The position numbers and the translations under genes were made by a program. A stretch of 64,000 nt of DNA from NCBI GenBank assembly GCA_951406725.2, contig OX597816.1, positions 171,182,001 through 171,246,000 on the forward strand. The letters are read 5' to 3'. Source of the DNA: Octopus vulgaris (lineage: Eukaryota). The notes under the pieces are model-generated. The model worked only from the letters and a program-made list of their open reading frames with translations. It searched no databases and had not been told where the DNA came from. Positions within the stretch are counted from its first letter, which is position 1. Every line of letters starts with the position of its first letter. Shown piece by piece: positions 1 to 13,436 of this stretch.

Positions 1-990
1 TTCTTAAAAATATATAAAGCTTTAAAATAGAATATAACATGTAAAATATGAGACCAGATCTAAACTTTTAAAACAAAATTTTTAATGCAATTCTTAAAGG
101 TGAAAGAAAAAATATTTGACTTCAGAAAATACAATTAAAAGAACAGCTTCATTGAGATATGTAATATGACAAATAAGATTAAAAAATGGCAAGCAATCAG
201 AAAAATAAATTGCCAATTTTCTTTTTAATAGAAAATATTAAAGGTGTACATTATGTGAGAGTTTAAAAAAATACGTAGTTATATTTATTATTGAGAGAAA
301 AGGCAGCATGTACATGCATCTGTAGATCTGATCCACAAAAGAAATTTAGAATTGATTCTAAGTTTATCTGTGAAACAATCAAAAGGGGATTCTGATACCA
401 GATATGACATGAAATATTCAAAGAAGCAGAAGTCAGAAAAGAATGACCTCTACAAAAATAACAAGAATTATGTTTTAGCTGCTATCATATTTAAAAAACA
501 AAATTTTAAGCAAGATTGAAAACCAAAGAAAACAAACAACAGAAACTGTAATATGGCTTATTCAAATTCACTAAGACAAATATCTTTGCATGCTTAGCAA
601 CTGTTCAAATAAAGTTAAAAGCATCTTTCAAAATCGTATTTCAGTAAATCCTTAATTAAATCAACAGTGAAAACATTAAAGCTTTTGATAAAATTAATTA
701 AAAAATATCCAATGTTGATGGTGTGAGGTTACTAATCATGTTATTCAAGAAAAGAATTTAGAATTTCTTGGCAAAATTCAATATAGAATTTGAAAATTTC
801 ATTTTACATCAGAAACTTGAATAAAATCTTAGAGACAGTAATTGGCTAATTTTCTTTAGTAAGAGTCCGATATCAGAGGATTACCTTTACTTAAGAGCTT
901 AGCTTTCATAAGAGAAACACTAAAAACTGTTCTAGTATGTTGAATTTCTATAATACCTGGTTGAAAGTTGTTTCTAGAAAGATAAGGGAA

Positions 991-1118
991 CTAAGCAGTG
1001 AGGTTAAAACTCAAAGCTGGTTCTGAAGGACATGATGATGTGGGGTTAGGGTTAACCATACCAAAATCAAATGGATGCTGTGATGAAGACAGTGATGACA
1101 TTTTGAATACACATTTTC
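991..1118 (-). CDS. Candidate exon of an unidentified host gene: phase-1 terminal exon (GKCVFKMSSLSSSQHPFDFGMVNPNPTSSCPSEPALSFNLTA*) or 57-nt internal exon 1062-1118
   Basis: Minus strand: pyrimidine tract cactttttttgtaccctctgt, then first AG (aaag|GAAAATG). Open in phase 1 to TAG at 991-993. An alternative in-phase donor TTTG|gtatgg follows 1062. Locally higher GC than the flanks. The AAG acceptor is weak. Confidence 0.35.
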
Positions 1119-1477
1119 CTTTTTTAAATACAGAGGGTACAAAAAAAGTGTATGAGTGAATTACAAATGGTCGTTTCAGGCCCATTAATATCATGGCACA
1201 AATTTATTGCTAAATCTGAGAAAATACATTGTAAACAATTACCTTTAAAATTTGCATAAATTCTTGGGGGGTAAAAACTCGAAATGATAAGTTTAAGAAC
1301 AAAAATACAAATGTGACAATTGCACTCTGTTAGAATGATTGTAAGCATTAAAATCAGACATCCCTGTATTTACATTTACTTCATTATCTTATAACAATTT
1401 GCTATCAAAGACTTGCCATGTGTATTACAAACTATATTACAAATTCCTCTCCCAGTTGAGAGATCATTGTTTTGAAG

Positions 1478-1697
1478 GTGCTGGTGCCACATAAAATGCA
1501 CTTATACCAGTGTCACATAATATGCACCCATGCTAGTTACACATAGAAGGCCCCCCAGCACACTCTGTAAAGTTGTTAGTGTTAGGGGTGGGCATTCAGC
1601 TGCAGAAACCATGCCAAAACAGACAACTGGAGCCCGGCCAGCTCCTGTCAAACCATCCAACCAATGGAAAACATACATTAAATGATGGTGATGATGA
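1478..1697 (+). mobile_element. Diverged RTE-type 3' tail fragment ending in (GAT)n
   Basis: Matches the gggcatccagctgtagaaac...aaatgatgatgat module seen intact at 9270-9705 and 12285-12680. Confidence 0.65.
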
Positions 1698-1816
1698 TAG
1701 GCACAGGGCCGAAAATTTGAGGGGACAGAGATAGTAATTACATCAACCCCAGCGCTCAACCCTAAAAGATTGAAAAGCAATGTTGATCACAGCAGAATTT
1801 AAACCCAGACTGTAAA

Positions 1817-2790
1817 TCATCATCATCATAATTTTGTGTCTGTTGTCCATGTTGGCATGGGTTGGATAATTTCACTGGTCTGGCATGCTGGGAGGCTGCA
1901 CCAGACTCCAGTCTGATTTGGCATGGTTTTCTATGGCTAGATGCCCTTCCTAATGCCAACCACTCTGTGAGCGTAATGGGTGCTTTTATGTGCCACTGGC
2001 ACTGGTGCAATTTGCATGATACTGGGGTGCGTCTATGTACTAATTTGCATGACACCAGTATCTGCCACAACTGCGATTTTACTTGGCTTGACAAGTTTTC
2101 TTCTCAAGCATGACATAATGCCAAAGGTCTTCATCATTGCCTCCATGGGGCCCAACACTTGAAAGGAACTCAGCAACCTTGCCTCCATGAGGCCAACAAT
2201 CAGAAGGAACTCAGCCACCTCACCTCTGTGAAGCCTAATACTCGAAAGGAACTTGGCTGTTTTGCCTCCATGAGGCCCAAAGTTCAGCATGGGTGCACTT
2301 GGCTTGATGGGTTCTCTCAAGCACAGCACATTGCCAAAGGTCTCGGTCACTAGTCATTGCCTCTGTGAGACTCAAAGTTTGAAGATCATGCTTTACCACC
2401 TTGTTCCATGTCTTCCTGGGTCTACCTCTACCAGAGGTTCCCTCCACAGTTAGAGATAAGCACCTCTTTACATAGCTGTCCTCATCCATATGCATCACAT
2501 GACCCTACAAGTGCAGTTGTCTCTCTTGCACACCACATCTGATTCCTTTTATCCCTAACTTTTCTATCAAGATGCTTACACTCTGTCAAACATGCACACT
2601 GACATTGCACATCCAGTGAAGCATACTGGCTTTATTTCTCTCAAACCTACGCATGTCCTCTTTTACTGCCATGCAAGCATAGCTGTTCGTACACAGGAAT
2701 CATATAATCTGCCTTTCACTCTGAGAGTGAGGTCCTTTGTTGCCAGCAGGGGTAGTTGCCATCTGAACTTTGCCCGGCCTAATCTTAGCA
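1817..2790 (-). mobile_element. 5'-truncated RTE-clade LINE: decayed RT C-terminus, 3' UTR and (GAT)n tail
   Basis: Translation HVMHMDEDSYVKRCLSLTVEGTSGRGRPRKTWNKVVKHDL...DRDLW and upstream VKGRLYDSCVRTAML. The GRPRKTW motif is typical of RTE ORF ends. Tail catcatcat lies at about 1817-1829. Confidence 0.85.
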
Positions 2791-3545
2791 TTTTGTCTGG
2801 TGTGCTAATGATTCTGCAAGCTTATAGTTCAAAATAATAATAAAGCCCAAATGGGGGTAAGGTGGATAGTTATCACAATAACTATCAAGATTCAATTGCT
2901 TTAGTTTTTCAACTTTTCTCTCTCACACACACAGTCTTCCTCATTAAAATTCTTTGGCAATCAAGTAGAACTAAATGATATATAATATGGATGCCCCCCT
3001 TTCCTGTTTACAATAATTAAAAAAAAAAGTGTTTTGACCAATTATCAAAACACAAACACAAATTAAAAATTAAGATAAATTATGACACCAAATTTTTTTT
3101 TATTTTTCATTCTATCTTTGTATTTTCATTGTCTGAATCTTGACAGCTAATCCAGAGAAATTTGACACTTCTACAATAAACTATAGAATAAAGATAAATG
3201 AAAACATTGAACTTCACTATTTTCTGTAGCTTATCAGTTAAAAGAGACATCAGTTTTATCTGGACTTTGTCAACAAAAATATTAGAATGAGAGGAATTTA
3301 ATTTTTTTAACTTAAATGTTTCTAGCATTTTACTCTAATTTCTGAAAAATTCAGCTGAATTTTATCTCCAATTAAATATTTCATTACATTTTTGTAATGA
3401 ATTCAAAAACTTTTCAGTAGTCTGTAACCAAAAATTCATGTTTATCTCTTGCCTGAGAGTAAAGCAGCTAAATGAGCCAATGTGCTAATAATGTTTCAGT
3501 ATAATCTCTATAAAATTGTATCTTAACCTTTTTGTTACTCTATTT

Positions 3546-3944
3546 GCGCAGGAGTGACTGTGTGGTAAGTAGCTTGCTAACCAACCACATGGTTCCGGGT
3601 TCAGTCCCACTGCGTGGCATCTTGGGCATGTGTCTTCTGCTATAGCCGCAGGCCGACCAATGCCTTGTGAGTGGATTTCGTAGACGGAAACTGAAAGAAG
3701 CCTGTCGTATATATGTATATATATATGTATGTGTGTCTGTGTGTCTGAGTTTGTCCCCCTAGCATTGCTTGACAACCGATGCTGGTGTGTTTACGTCCCC
3801 GTCACTTAGCGGTTCGGCAAAAGAGACCGATAGAATAAGTACTGGGCTTACAAAGAATAAGTCCCGGGGTCGATTTGCTCAACTAAAGGCGGTGCTCCAG
3901 CATGGCCGCAGTCAAATGACTGAAACAAGTAAAAGAGTAAAGAG
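3546..3944 (+). mobile_element. tRNA-derived SINE, family A
   Basis: Head gcgcaggagtg(g/a)ctgtgtggtaag (A box), ggttcagtccc (B box), internal TA/TG microsatellite, tail gaaacaagtaaaagag; more than 10 copies in the window. Confidence 0.9.
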
Positions 3945-4077
3945 TATGCATTGCCTTTGTTTCAGTTCATTTTGAAAGTAATGAAGAATTTAATAAGATA
4001 ACTTGTTCGTTATTAAACTGTATTAAGAACATAAATAAACATAGAATCCTGATGGAAAGTCTTAAACTTTGATCACT

Positions 4078-4295
4078 TCAACTGTTTAGTAATCAGATTA
4101 TTCTGTCAAATGTAATGCTTATTTATTCACATCCCTTCAAATTAATAATGCATTGTCTTATAGCCTTCTGATTTTTTATGAGATACCTGTTAGTTTTTAG
4201 AATGACATTGTAGGGAAGGTGTGGGGAGCCAGATCCGGCCAGTATAAATACAAAATAGGTAGAGTATTTTGGCTGGATATGGCCAGTTTAAATGG
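4078..4295. mobile_element. Decayed MITE-like repeat (related copy at about 11837-12010)
   Basis: Shared blocks gtcaaatgtaat, aatgacattg, ggccag..t.aa.a.aaaa.aggt.ga between the two loci. Confidence 0.5.
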
Positions 4296-4414
4296 ATTTT
4301 GTACTATAGATACAAGGGCAGTTTCGGACAGGTTAGAATCAGAAGAGTTAAATGATTATTTAGATACAAGTTAGAACCAATGGTCATAAATACACACATT
4401 GGTAAATGTACATA

Positions 4415-4726
4415 CATCATCATCGTTTAACGTCCGTTTTCCGCGCTAGCACGTGTTGGACGGTTCGACCGGGGTCTGGGAAGCCAGGAGGCTGCACCAG
4501 GCTCCAGTCTGATCTGGCAGTGTTTCTACAGCTGGATGCCCTTCCTAACGCCAACCACTCCGTGAGCGTAGTGGGTGCTTATTACGTGCCACCAGCACAG
4601 GTGCCAGACGAGGCTGGCAAACAGCCACAATCGTACGGTGCTTTTTACGTGCCACCGGCACGGAAGCTAGTCAAGGCGGCACTGGCATCAGCCACGTTCG
4701 AATGGTGCTTTTTATGTGCCACCGGC
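4415..4726 (-). mobile_element. RTE-type 3' tail element with about 3 internal tandem units
   Basis: catcatcatcgtttaacgtccgttttcc tail; repeated ggtgctttttacgtgccaccggcac. Confidence 0.8.
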
Positions 4727-5879
4727 AAGAAGCATACAAATATTGGATTAATCTGGTGGAGGGGAGAACATAGAGTGTGAATTGTACACCTTATAAGTAA
4801 TGGCAGCTTTAAATAAAAAATCTAGTTTATTATACATATTACACCATTACTACTGGCCAGATTTCATTTTATATTCATCTTATTTTGTAAAATGAAGTTA
4901 TACAACTACTGATGTTGTTTAGCCCATGGTCAGTCTTGTTTAAGCAGATTTGTGGACCAAATATTTTCAAACAGTAAATATCCTAAATTTTTGTCCCCAA
5001 ACACACTGCATCCAAGACCACATTATCTAATGTAACTTTTTCTAGGACAACAGAGTGGGACTTACTGAAGCAAATATTTCAGAAAAGAATTTTGTTCCAA
5101 ACATTTAGATAGAATGTGGGAGAGAGAAAAATCTACTGACTTAAAGGAGTTATAAGACAAACTGATATCATCTTTCATGTTCTCATGATTCAAACCAGTT
5201 TTTCTTTAGAGTTACTGTCCCCATGAGTGAGAAGATCATGTCTTGCACATCCATTACAGCTTGGTGTAGTAGTTCCTATGGCCAAAAACCCTTTCTAATA
5301 GCAACCACTTTACCAGTATACTGGATATGTTGTATTGGGGCACCAACACAGGAGAGGTTGTCATGATCCCAGGTGGTCATGACAAAATTGAAGTATCTTC
5401 TCTACCCCCACAGTGTTTCCATTTGATGGGTAACCACTTTACAGAGTTTAGTGGGTGCATTTTATTGTGGCACCAATGACAGAGAGTTTACTAAAGAGTT
5501 TTTTCTGTGTGTTCTCCATAACTTCAAGATAAGCATATCAAGAGTGTGAAGATGAGTGTGAGTGTGATGATGATGAAAAGGAAGTAGTTGGAGAGTGAGA
5601 GAGAGAGAGAGAGACTGTAATTGCTAGCAGTTAGTTGTTTGAATTTGAAAGGAGCAATGTGGAGGAACAAAGCATAACGCCATCACATCAAGGCTAATTT
5701 GTTTTCCAATCAGCTGTACTACTACCTCTCAGTAAGTTTTATAACCTGGTCCATTGGTTTGATGACTCTGTAGTTACTTCTAATGTACCCTTGTTGCACT
5801 TGCAGCAGTTGATGGTGATGACGGTATTACACCACATGTGCTGTATTATCTGATTGATTATTCAAATGACTAACTCATA

Positions 5880-6296
5880 GGCGCAGGAGTGGCTGTGTGG
5901 TAAGTAGCTTGCTAACCAACCACATGGTTCCGGGTTCAGTCCCACTGCGCGGCATCTTGGGCAAGTGTCTTCTGCTATAGCCCCGGGCCGACCGAAGCCT
6001 TGTGAGTAGATTTGGTAGACGGAAACTGAAAGAAGCCTGTCGTATATATGTATATATATATGTATATGTATGTGTGTGTTTGTGTGTCTGCGTTTGTCCC
6101 CCTAGCATTGCTTGACAACCGATGCTGGTGTGTTTACGTCCCCGTCACTTAGCGGTTCGGCAAAAGAGACCAATAGAATAAGTACTGGGCTTACAAAGAA
6201 TAAGTCCTGGGGTCGATTTGCTCGACTAAAGGCGGTGCTCCAGCATGGCCGCAGTCAACTGACTGAAACAAGTAAAAGAGTAAAAGAGAGAGAGAG
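5880..6296 (+). mobile_element. SINE family A, full length
   Basis: Near-identical to 3546-3944. Confidence 0.9.
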
Positions 6297-8314
6297 TATA
6301 TCCTACTTCAACAGACATTTTTTTTTTTTCTGTTGAAGCAGGTTATTAATCCCTTCAGCCATTACCCCTGACAGATCAACTGTTTTCCCTGCCTTCATAT
6401 CTTATTGTACTATTACTGTACATGACTATTCCCTACTGGATTTACTTAAGAGTAAACCCATTCTCTTTCATGCATTCTCCTCATTCAACAAACTATTGTA
6501 ACAACATTTCCAGACCAGCTCTTCTTTTCAATAATAATATGTGCTACTATTGTCCCATGGTCACTTCTTTCCAACGAAATTCTAATTTTTCTCTCATGCA
6601 TTACCATTCAAATCAAAATACCTCATTCAGGCCTCTGATTCTCATATCACAGAACATTAAAAAAATTCTTGTTATGCTTCTCACTTACTCTCTACAATTT
6701 GCTTAGAAGCTTCCTCTCTTCTAGGCCTTTCCAGGACAGTCTGTTAGCTTTTATGGTGTTATCTACATTACTTTTCCACCACCCTTCTAACTGGGTGGTG
6801 GCATCAGCTTTCAATTTGGTCTGTCACTAACAGCAGGGTGTTCTGTAGTAACTCGCAGTTGTCCTCTGAATTATTAGCCTCTATCTCACCTCTTCTCATC
6901 TTCATCACTTTGTACTTCTTTCAACCTTTAGAATGGTTGACAAATCTCTCTCATCTTACATAATGTCCCTCTTTAAAGTGCCTTGTGTTTTTGCATTGCC
7001 CTAAAGCCACTAACTGCTAACTGGTGTTGGGTGCTACATTCTTCCCCAAGGAAACACTCAGCATTCAAAACCATTACTGCACCCCATTTCCAAGAGAATA
7101 TAGAGTAAATGTCTTAATGTTCACCTGATTGGTAGATGATCTGGTGGTTAGCCACCTTCTAGGAGTTAGTGTTAGAAATAGTTAATTCATTTGCATCACA
7201 GTGCTCCAGGACCCAAAGCATATCAAGAGAAGGAATTTATTAATCACAGAAAAGAAAAAGAAAAAAGAATTGACACTAATGTGATTTGTACTTGGCTACA
7301 AAAAAGAAAATTTGCATATAACTGGCCATGAAATTCAATTGTAATAACCCTTACAGGATGCAAAGTCAAGTAGTGGAACCAGTACAGTGACATTATGAAA
7401 AGGTTTAGACAAAAGTATTATTGATAAAACCTGCAAGGGCAACTGAAGTAGGTCATAGCAAGTATTTAATGCCCAGAATGAATACAATAATAATACAACA
7501 ACATTATTTTATTGGCTCTGAAATAAAAATCAGAAAATATAAGAAATCAGAAAGAAACATAGTTATTGTAGATAAAATGCAAATAAATGCAAAATCTTAA
7601 TACAGGAGAACGAAAAGGGAGAGTTTATCCAGGGTAGACATTTGGAAAACTGTTCTTGTTATGATTGCATACAAACAGGCAAAAGCATGCCATTCATAAG
7701 AAAATAATAACCATAAAATTATACATAATTGCACACTTGGGAGAAAAATTATATCACACACAAACAAGAAGAAAAAAAAGAGAAAAACACAAACATTTAA
7801 CGAAGGCGGATAAATGGAGATGTAATTAAAGTTTCATTTTATATATGAAACATTAAAGACTTTCTACTAAAGATGTCTTTCGCTTTCTTGCTCTCTCTCT
7901 CTCACTCACTCTCTCACACATCGATAGATAGATGGACTGAGATTACATAACTATATTTTTCAAATTTATAATAAAAAGATAGCCTTTAATGATGATGTAG
8001 CATTGGACTTAAGCCAATTTTCGGTAAACGTTTTTTGTGCAACTGAACTTTCCAACCCTTTGGCAAGCAAGAGATAAGGAAGTATGTATGAGTGCACACA
8101 CATGTGTGTGTGCATATAAATATTTATACCTATATGTGTATATGTATCATCATCATCATCATCATCATACATGTATATATACACATGTATATATATGTAT
8201 ACATATATATATATACATAAATGTATATATATATATATATATATATACAAGTATGTAAACATATATGTATACATATATATATACACACATATATATGTTT
8301 ACATATATATATAT

Positions 8315-8375
<61 letters not shown>

Positions 8376-8383
8376 CAAATAAG

Positions 8384-8686
8384 TGGAGGTGCAATGGCCT
8401 AGCGGTTAGGGCAGCGAACTCGTGGTTGTAGGATCGCGGTTTCGATTCCTAGACCTGGCATTGTGAGTGTTTATTGAGCAAAAACACCTTAAAGCTCCAT
8501 GAGGCTCCGGCAGTGGGAGGTGGCGATCCCTGCTGTACCCTTTCACCACAACTTTCTCTCACTCTTCCTTCTGTTGGCCTGCTCGCTTAGCCAGTAGGGT
8601 GGCTTCATTTGGAGGCTAAAACAATGCAAAGCGCATTGTGACCAGCGATGTGTAACAACATCTGATAGCCTGGTCGGTCACAGTGA
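8384..8686 (+). mobile_element. tRNA-derived SINE, head type C with tail type X
   Basis: A box tggcctagcgg, B box ggtttcgattcc; head matches 17920-18111 (-); lies in TA/CA microsatellite. Confidence 0.85.
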
Positions 8687-8708
8687 TATACACACATATA
8701 TATACATG

Positions 8709-8746
<38 letters not shown>

Positions 8747-8801
8747 AATACATATATATATATATATATACACACACGTACATATATATATATATATATG
8801 T

Positions 8802-9128
8802 GAGGGCGCGTGGCTTAGTGGTTAGGGCATTCGGCTCATGATCGTAAGGTTGTGAGTTCGATTCCCGGCGACGCGTTGTGTCCTTGAGCAAGACACTTTA
8901 TTTCACGTTGCTCCAGTCCACTCAGCTGGCAAAAATGAGTTGTACTTGTATTTCAAAGGGTCAGCCTTGTCACTCTCTGTGTCACGCTGATTATCCCCGA
9001 GAACTACGTTAAGGGTACACGTGTCTGTGGAATGCTCAGCCATTTGCACGATAATTTCACGAGCAAGCTGTTCCGTTGATCGTATCAGCTGGGACCCTCG
9101 TCGTCGTAACCGGCGGAGTCTTTTTTTT
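8802..9128 (+). mobile_element. tRNA-derived SINE, head type D with tail type Y
   Basis: A box tggcttagtgg, B box gagttcgattcc; 3' half matches 17732-17905 (-); ends in a T run. Confidence 0.85.
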
Positions 9129-9166
9129 TAAATAAATATATATATATATATATACATACACACACG

Positions 9167-9200
<34 letters not shown>

Positions 9201-9269
9201 TACACATGTATGTATATATAAATATATATATATACATGTATATATATAACGTCACATAACCAACCCTCT

Positions 9270-9705
9270 CAGACAGTACCTTGGATCGTAGGGCGGCATG
9301 CCGTGCTTGAGGAGACCTATTGAGTCAAGTACATCATAATCAAAATCAAATCAAATGGAAATTGCAGCTGTGGTCCCCATGCCAGTGGCACATTAAAAGT
9401 GCCATTCAAACGTGGCCGATGCTGGCACCGCCTTGACTTGCTCCTATGCCGGTGGCATGTAAAAAGCACCATCCAATTATGGTCAGTGCCAGCCCACTCT
9501 ATCCCCGGTGCTGGTAGCAAATAAACAAAATATCACCAACTACACTCTCAGAGTGGTTGGCGTTAGGAAGAGCATCCAGCTGTAGAAACACTGCCAGATC
9601 AGACTGGAGCCTGGTGCAGCCTCCTGGCTTCCCAGACCCCAGTCAAACTGTCCAACCCATGCCAGCATGGAAACCAGATGTTAAACAATGATAATGAAGA
9701 TGATT
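9270..9705 (+). mobile_element. RTE-type 3' end (ORF end, tandem units, degenerate (GAT)n tail)
   Basis: gtgcttgaggagacc resembles the AVLE ORF end near 2320; ggttggcgttaggaagagcatccagctgtagaaac; tail aatgataatgaagatgat. Confidence 0.8.
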
Positions 9706-9966
9706 ATGGTGTGTGTGTGTATATATATATATAGATATATACATATATATGCATGTATATATATATAGAGAGATATATGCATGTATATATATATATAGAG
9801 AGATATATACATATATATAGATATAGAGAGAAATATATATATGTATATATATATATATATATATGTATATATAGATATAGAGAGAAATATATATATGTGT
9901 ATATATATATGTATATATAGATATAGAGAGAGAGAAAGATATATATTCATATATATATATATATAT

Positions 9967-10107
9967 ATATAGAAGGAGCTTCTACAGGACTAGAACTGTT
10001 TCATTCAAGAGAAATCTTCAGGAAATGAAACAGTTCTAGTCCTGTAGAAGCTCCTTCTATATTGAGTACCTTATTTACTGTGGTTAACCCCAAATCAACC
10101 CGGGACC

Positions 10108-10110
<3 letters not shown>
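9967..10110. mobile_element. Fold-back hairpin + tail mini-element in (TA)n, probable PLE inverted pLTR relic
   Basis: Perfect 39-bp inverted arms 9967-10005 / 10024-10062 and a unique tail 10063-10110. The minus strand reads CTGAAGA-tttctcttgaat-GAAAC-agttcta-GTC across the loop. Confidence 0.7.
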
Positions 10111-10154
<44 letters not shown>

Positions 10155-10520
10155 GTATATATATAGAGAGAGAAAGATATATATTCATATATATATATAT
10201 ATATATACACATGTATAATAATACACAAGGAACAGATCCAATTCCTGCAATACAGATAGATTCCTTTGATTGAACAGATAGAGTGATGTGCATATAATAT
10301 CCAACCAAACTTCACAGTTTTCCCCATCTACCAGTGCAAAGAAGCCATTTTTACACAATAACGTTTAAATAAACAAAATTTGTTTATTGAAAAATACAGA
10401 ACACGTCTAAATATGAACACATAACTAACTTTGGACTGAGTATTTACTTTAATTCATGATCACTTTACGTATTTCATCTCACTACTTTAGCTTTTGAGTT
10501 TTCGTGTATATATATATGTA

Positions 10521-10691
10521 GGTGCAGGAGTAGCTGTGTGGTAAGTAGCTTGCTAACCAACCACATGGTTCCGGGTTCAGTCCCACTGCGTGGCATCTTG
10601 GGCAAGTGTCTTCTGCTGTAGCCCCGGGCCGACCAATGCCCTGTGAGTGGATTTGGTAGATGGAAACTGAAAGAAGCCTGTCGTATATATG

Positions 10692-10722
<31 letters not shown>

Positions 10723-11019
10723 GTTTGTGTATCTGTGTTTGTCCCCCTAGCATTGCTTAACAACCGATGCTGGTGTGTTTACATCCCCGTCACTTAGCGG
10801 TTCGGCAAAAGAGACCGATAGAATAAGTACTGGGCTTATTCTAAGTCCCGGGGTAAGTAGCTTGTGTGGTAAGTAGCTTGCTAACCAACCACATGGTTCC
10901 GGGTTCAGTCCCACTGCGTGGCATCTTGGGCAAGTGTCTTCTGCTGTAGCCCCGGGCCGACCAATGCCTTGTGAGTGGATTTGGTAGGCGGAAACTGAAA
11001 GAAGCCTGTCGTATATATG

Positions 11020-11050
<31 letters not shown>

Positions 11051-11263
11051 GTGTTTGTGTATCTGTGTTTGTCCCCCTAGCATTGCTTGACAACCGATGT
11101 TGGTGTGTTTACATCCCCGTCACTTAGCGGTTCGGCAAAAGAGACCGATAGAATAAGTACTGGGCTTATTCTAAGTCCCGGGGTCGATTTGCTCGACTAA
11201 AGGCGGTGCTCCAGCATAGCCGCAGTCAAATGACTGAAACAAGTAAGAGAGTAAAAGAGAGAG
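10521..11263 (+). mobile_element. Two head-to-tail SINE family A copies (tandem duplication)
   Basis: 10521-10853 and 10854-11263 share private variants (ctgctgtagc, tttacatcccc, gggcttattctaagtcccgggg). Confidence 0.9.
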
Positions 11264-12284
11264 TATATACTTAACCCCTCCCCGAAAGATGACAAATTAC
11301 TTTCTCTGTCCCCTATAATAATAATCACCAATCACCTCTCCTTAGATTTTTCTATTTGTTGAATCATTCATTCACAAACTTCTTCACACACAACTTGGAC
11401 TAAAATCTTCTCAAGAAATTAACACAGGCAAAGACAATATATAATTAAACGTATTAGAATTTAGATAAATTTAAAGAGGAAATTATTGGTTTTTAATGAT
11501 TTCACTTACATTGTGAGTGGTGAATTTTGATTCTAGTCTGGCAAAACTTTTCAAGCAACATATACAAAATAGCAACAAATATCAAAATATTGCACAAATT
11601 TTCCATTTTACAAGGCAACCAAAATCTCAAGTCCATGCTCACTTAACAATCATTACAAGGTTAGATAATGTTAATAAATGAATATACATATACAATATGA
11701 ATAATATCCATTTGAATAATACTGTATTCTACATTAATATCTATAATGTATGTATGTGTTTCCATATATCATGGTAAACATCAACTTGATGATGAATATT
11801 TTCAGTTATTTGATGAGTTTGGAAGGAATGCACATTTGAACCTTCAGCACTGAAATGACAGTCAAATGTAATACTTAATTCTTCACATTGTTTTTCTAAT
11901 TTATCTTGCAGTATCTCATAGCTTTGAGATTTCAAATGACATTGCGGAGTAGGTATGAGAAGCAAGATATGGCCAGATTTGAACATAAAACAGGTTGAAT
12001 AAAGGGTAAACTCACATACAAAATTTAAAAGAGTAATAATTACTATTCCTTGGGTCAACTAATTTTCTTATTTTTTAATAATGTGTATTATTAAACATGA
12101 ATTAAAAGTCATAAAAAGAATATAAACTTTCCTAATTACAATGGATTGTAGTTCAGAATGAAGATTTACAGTAAATGAAACCTTTTAACAAAATCATATT
12201 CTTTGAACATTAATTAAATCAAAGGACCAGTATATATACAGTATATATCTCAGTCAAATGTTAAATACTCTTATCAGTACATTC

Positions 12285-12680
12285 TTGACTGGCTTATGTG
12301 CCGGTGGCACGTAAAAAGCACCATCCGAACATAGCCAATGCCAGCGCCGCCTTCACGGGCTTATGTGCCGGTGGCACGTAAAAAGCAGCATCCAAACGTG
12401 GCCAATGCCAGTGCCGCCTTGACTGGCTTCCATGCCAGTGGCATGTAAAAAGCACCAACCAATCGTGGCCAATGCCAGCGCTGCCTTGACTGGCTTCTGT
12501 GCCGGTGGCACGTAAAAAGCACCCACTACACTCATGGAATGGTTGGCGTTAGGAAGAACATCCAGCTGTAGAAGCACTGCTAGATCAGACTGGAGCCTGG
12601 TGCAGCCTCCCGGCTTCTCAGACCCCGGTCGAACCGTCCAACCCGTGCTAGCACGGAAAACGGACGATGATGATGATGAT
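12285..12680 (+). mobile_element. RTE-type 3' tail element with 4 tandem units of about 64-70 bp
   Basis: Four copies of tgcc(g/a)gtggca(c/t)gtaaaaagca(c/g)c; ends ggacgatgatgatgatgat. Confidence 0.85.
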
Positions 12681-13418
12681 TCAATAACCACAATGCCAAT
12701 ATTATGTATTTAGCTTTTCTGAACAAACTTTGGTCTTTCAAGTATATAACATTACAATCCAAACATTCTACTGTAGATAAAAAAACTGACACTAAGTGTA
12801 CCATATCAGTTACACGCAGAAGGGTTAGTTCAGTGAATACAATAAAATGCAAAGTACAGCCAGGGATATTTAGTGATAGAAAAGTACACAAAGCCTAAAG
12901 TTTGTAGTCCTTTGGAAGTCAATATGGTTCCTAATTAGGATTCTTAATCAGTAACATTGGGTCTTCAAACTCAATGATAAAGGGATATAAAAACTATTAA
13001 AATGGGAATAGTCAATGACACTATTAAGAGATAAAAGGTAAAATCAATTTAACTCATTATTATTATTATTATTATTAATATTATTATTATTATTTTATAT
13101 AACAGTACAAAGTATTTTACAATTATTATTTGGATTTTTTTTTTTTTTTTATATTTACTTGAAAATATCAACTTATTTCATGTGAAGTAATATTCTGGAA
13201 AGAAGGATCTCTACTTTGAAGACTCTAGGCCATGTGTGCAATTCATTTTATTTATCATAAAAAAACGAAAAAAAACAGACAGCACAATATCCAGCAAAAT
13301 ATTTAACAAGACATGTATAGTATGTGAAGAGCAACACAGGGTGAACTGACTGAGCAATATATAGTAGAAACTGTAGCAACAACATTCGAAAAATAAATAT
13401 AAAATAGGTACAACACAC

Positions 13419-13436
13419 CTGCTGGCACCTTGATAT
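13419..13436 (-). CDS. Candidate 18-nt microexon (phase 1: D-I-K-V-P-A)
   Basis: Minus strand: CTGAC branch-like site, then tttcatctctctctttctcttccttgtccctctctggtcag|ATATCAAGGTGCCAGCAG|gtgtgt. Length is a multiple of 3 and the immediate flanks are unique. Confidence 0.55.

Noticed and set aside
3485-3975. Recurrent ORFs MSSNARGTN..., MTTDAGVFTSPSLS..., MLGGQTQ... appearing many times
   Set aside because: Incidental frames inside non-coding SINE family A, with stops and frameshifts that differ between copies.
8384-8875. tRNA-like sequences with A and B boxes
   Set aside because: No closed acceptor stem or immediate terminator, and they continue into SINE bodies, so they are SINE heads rather than tRNA genes.
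11510-11537. Minus-strand 28-nt exon candidate with a gtaagt donor
   Set aside because: Poor pyrimidine tract, length not a multiple of 3, and incompatible with the phase-1 chain.
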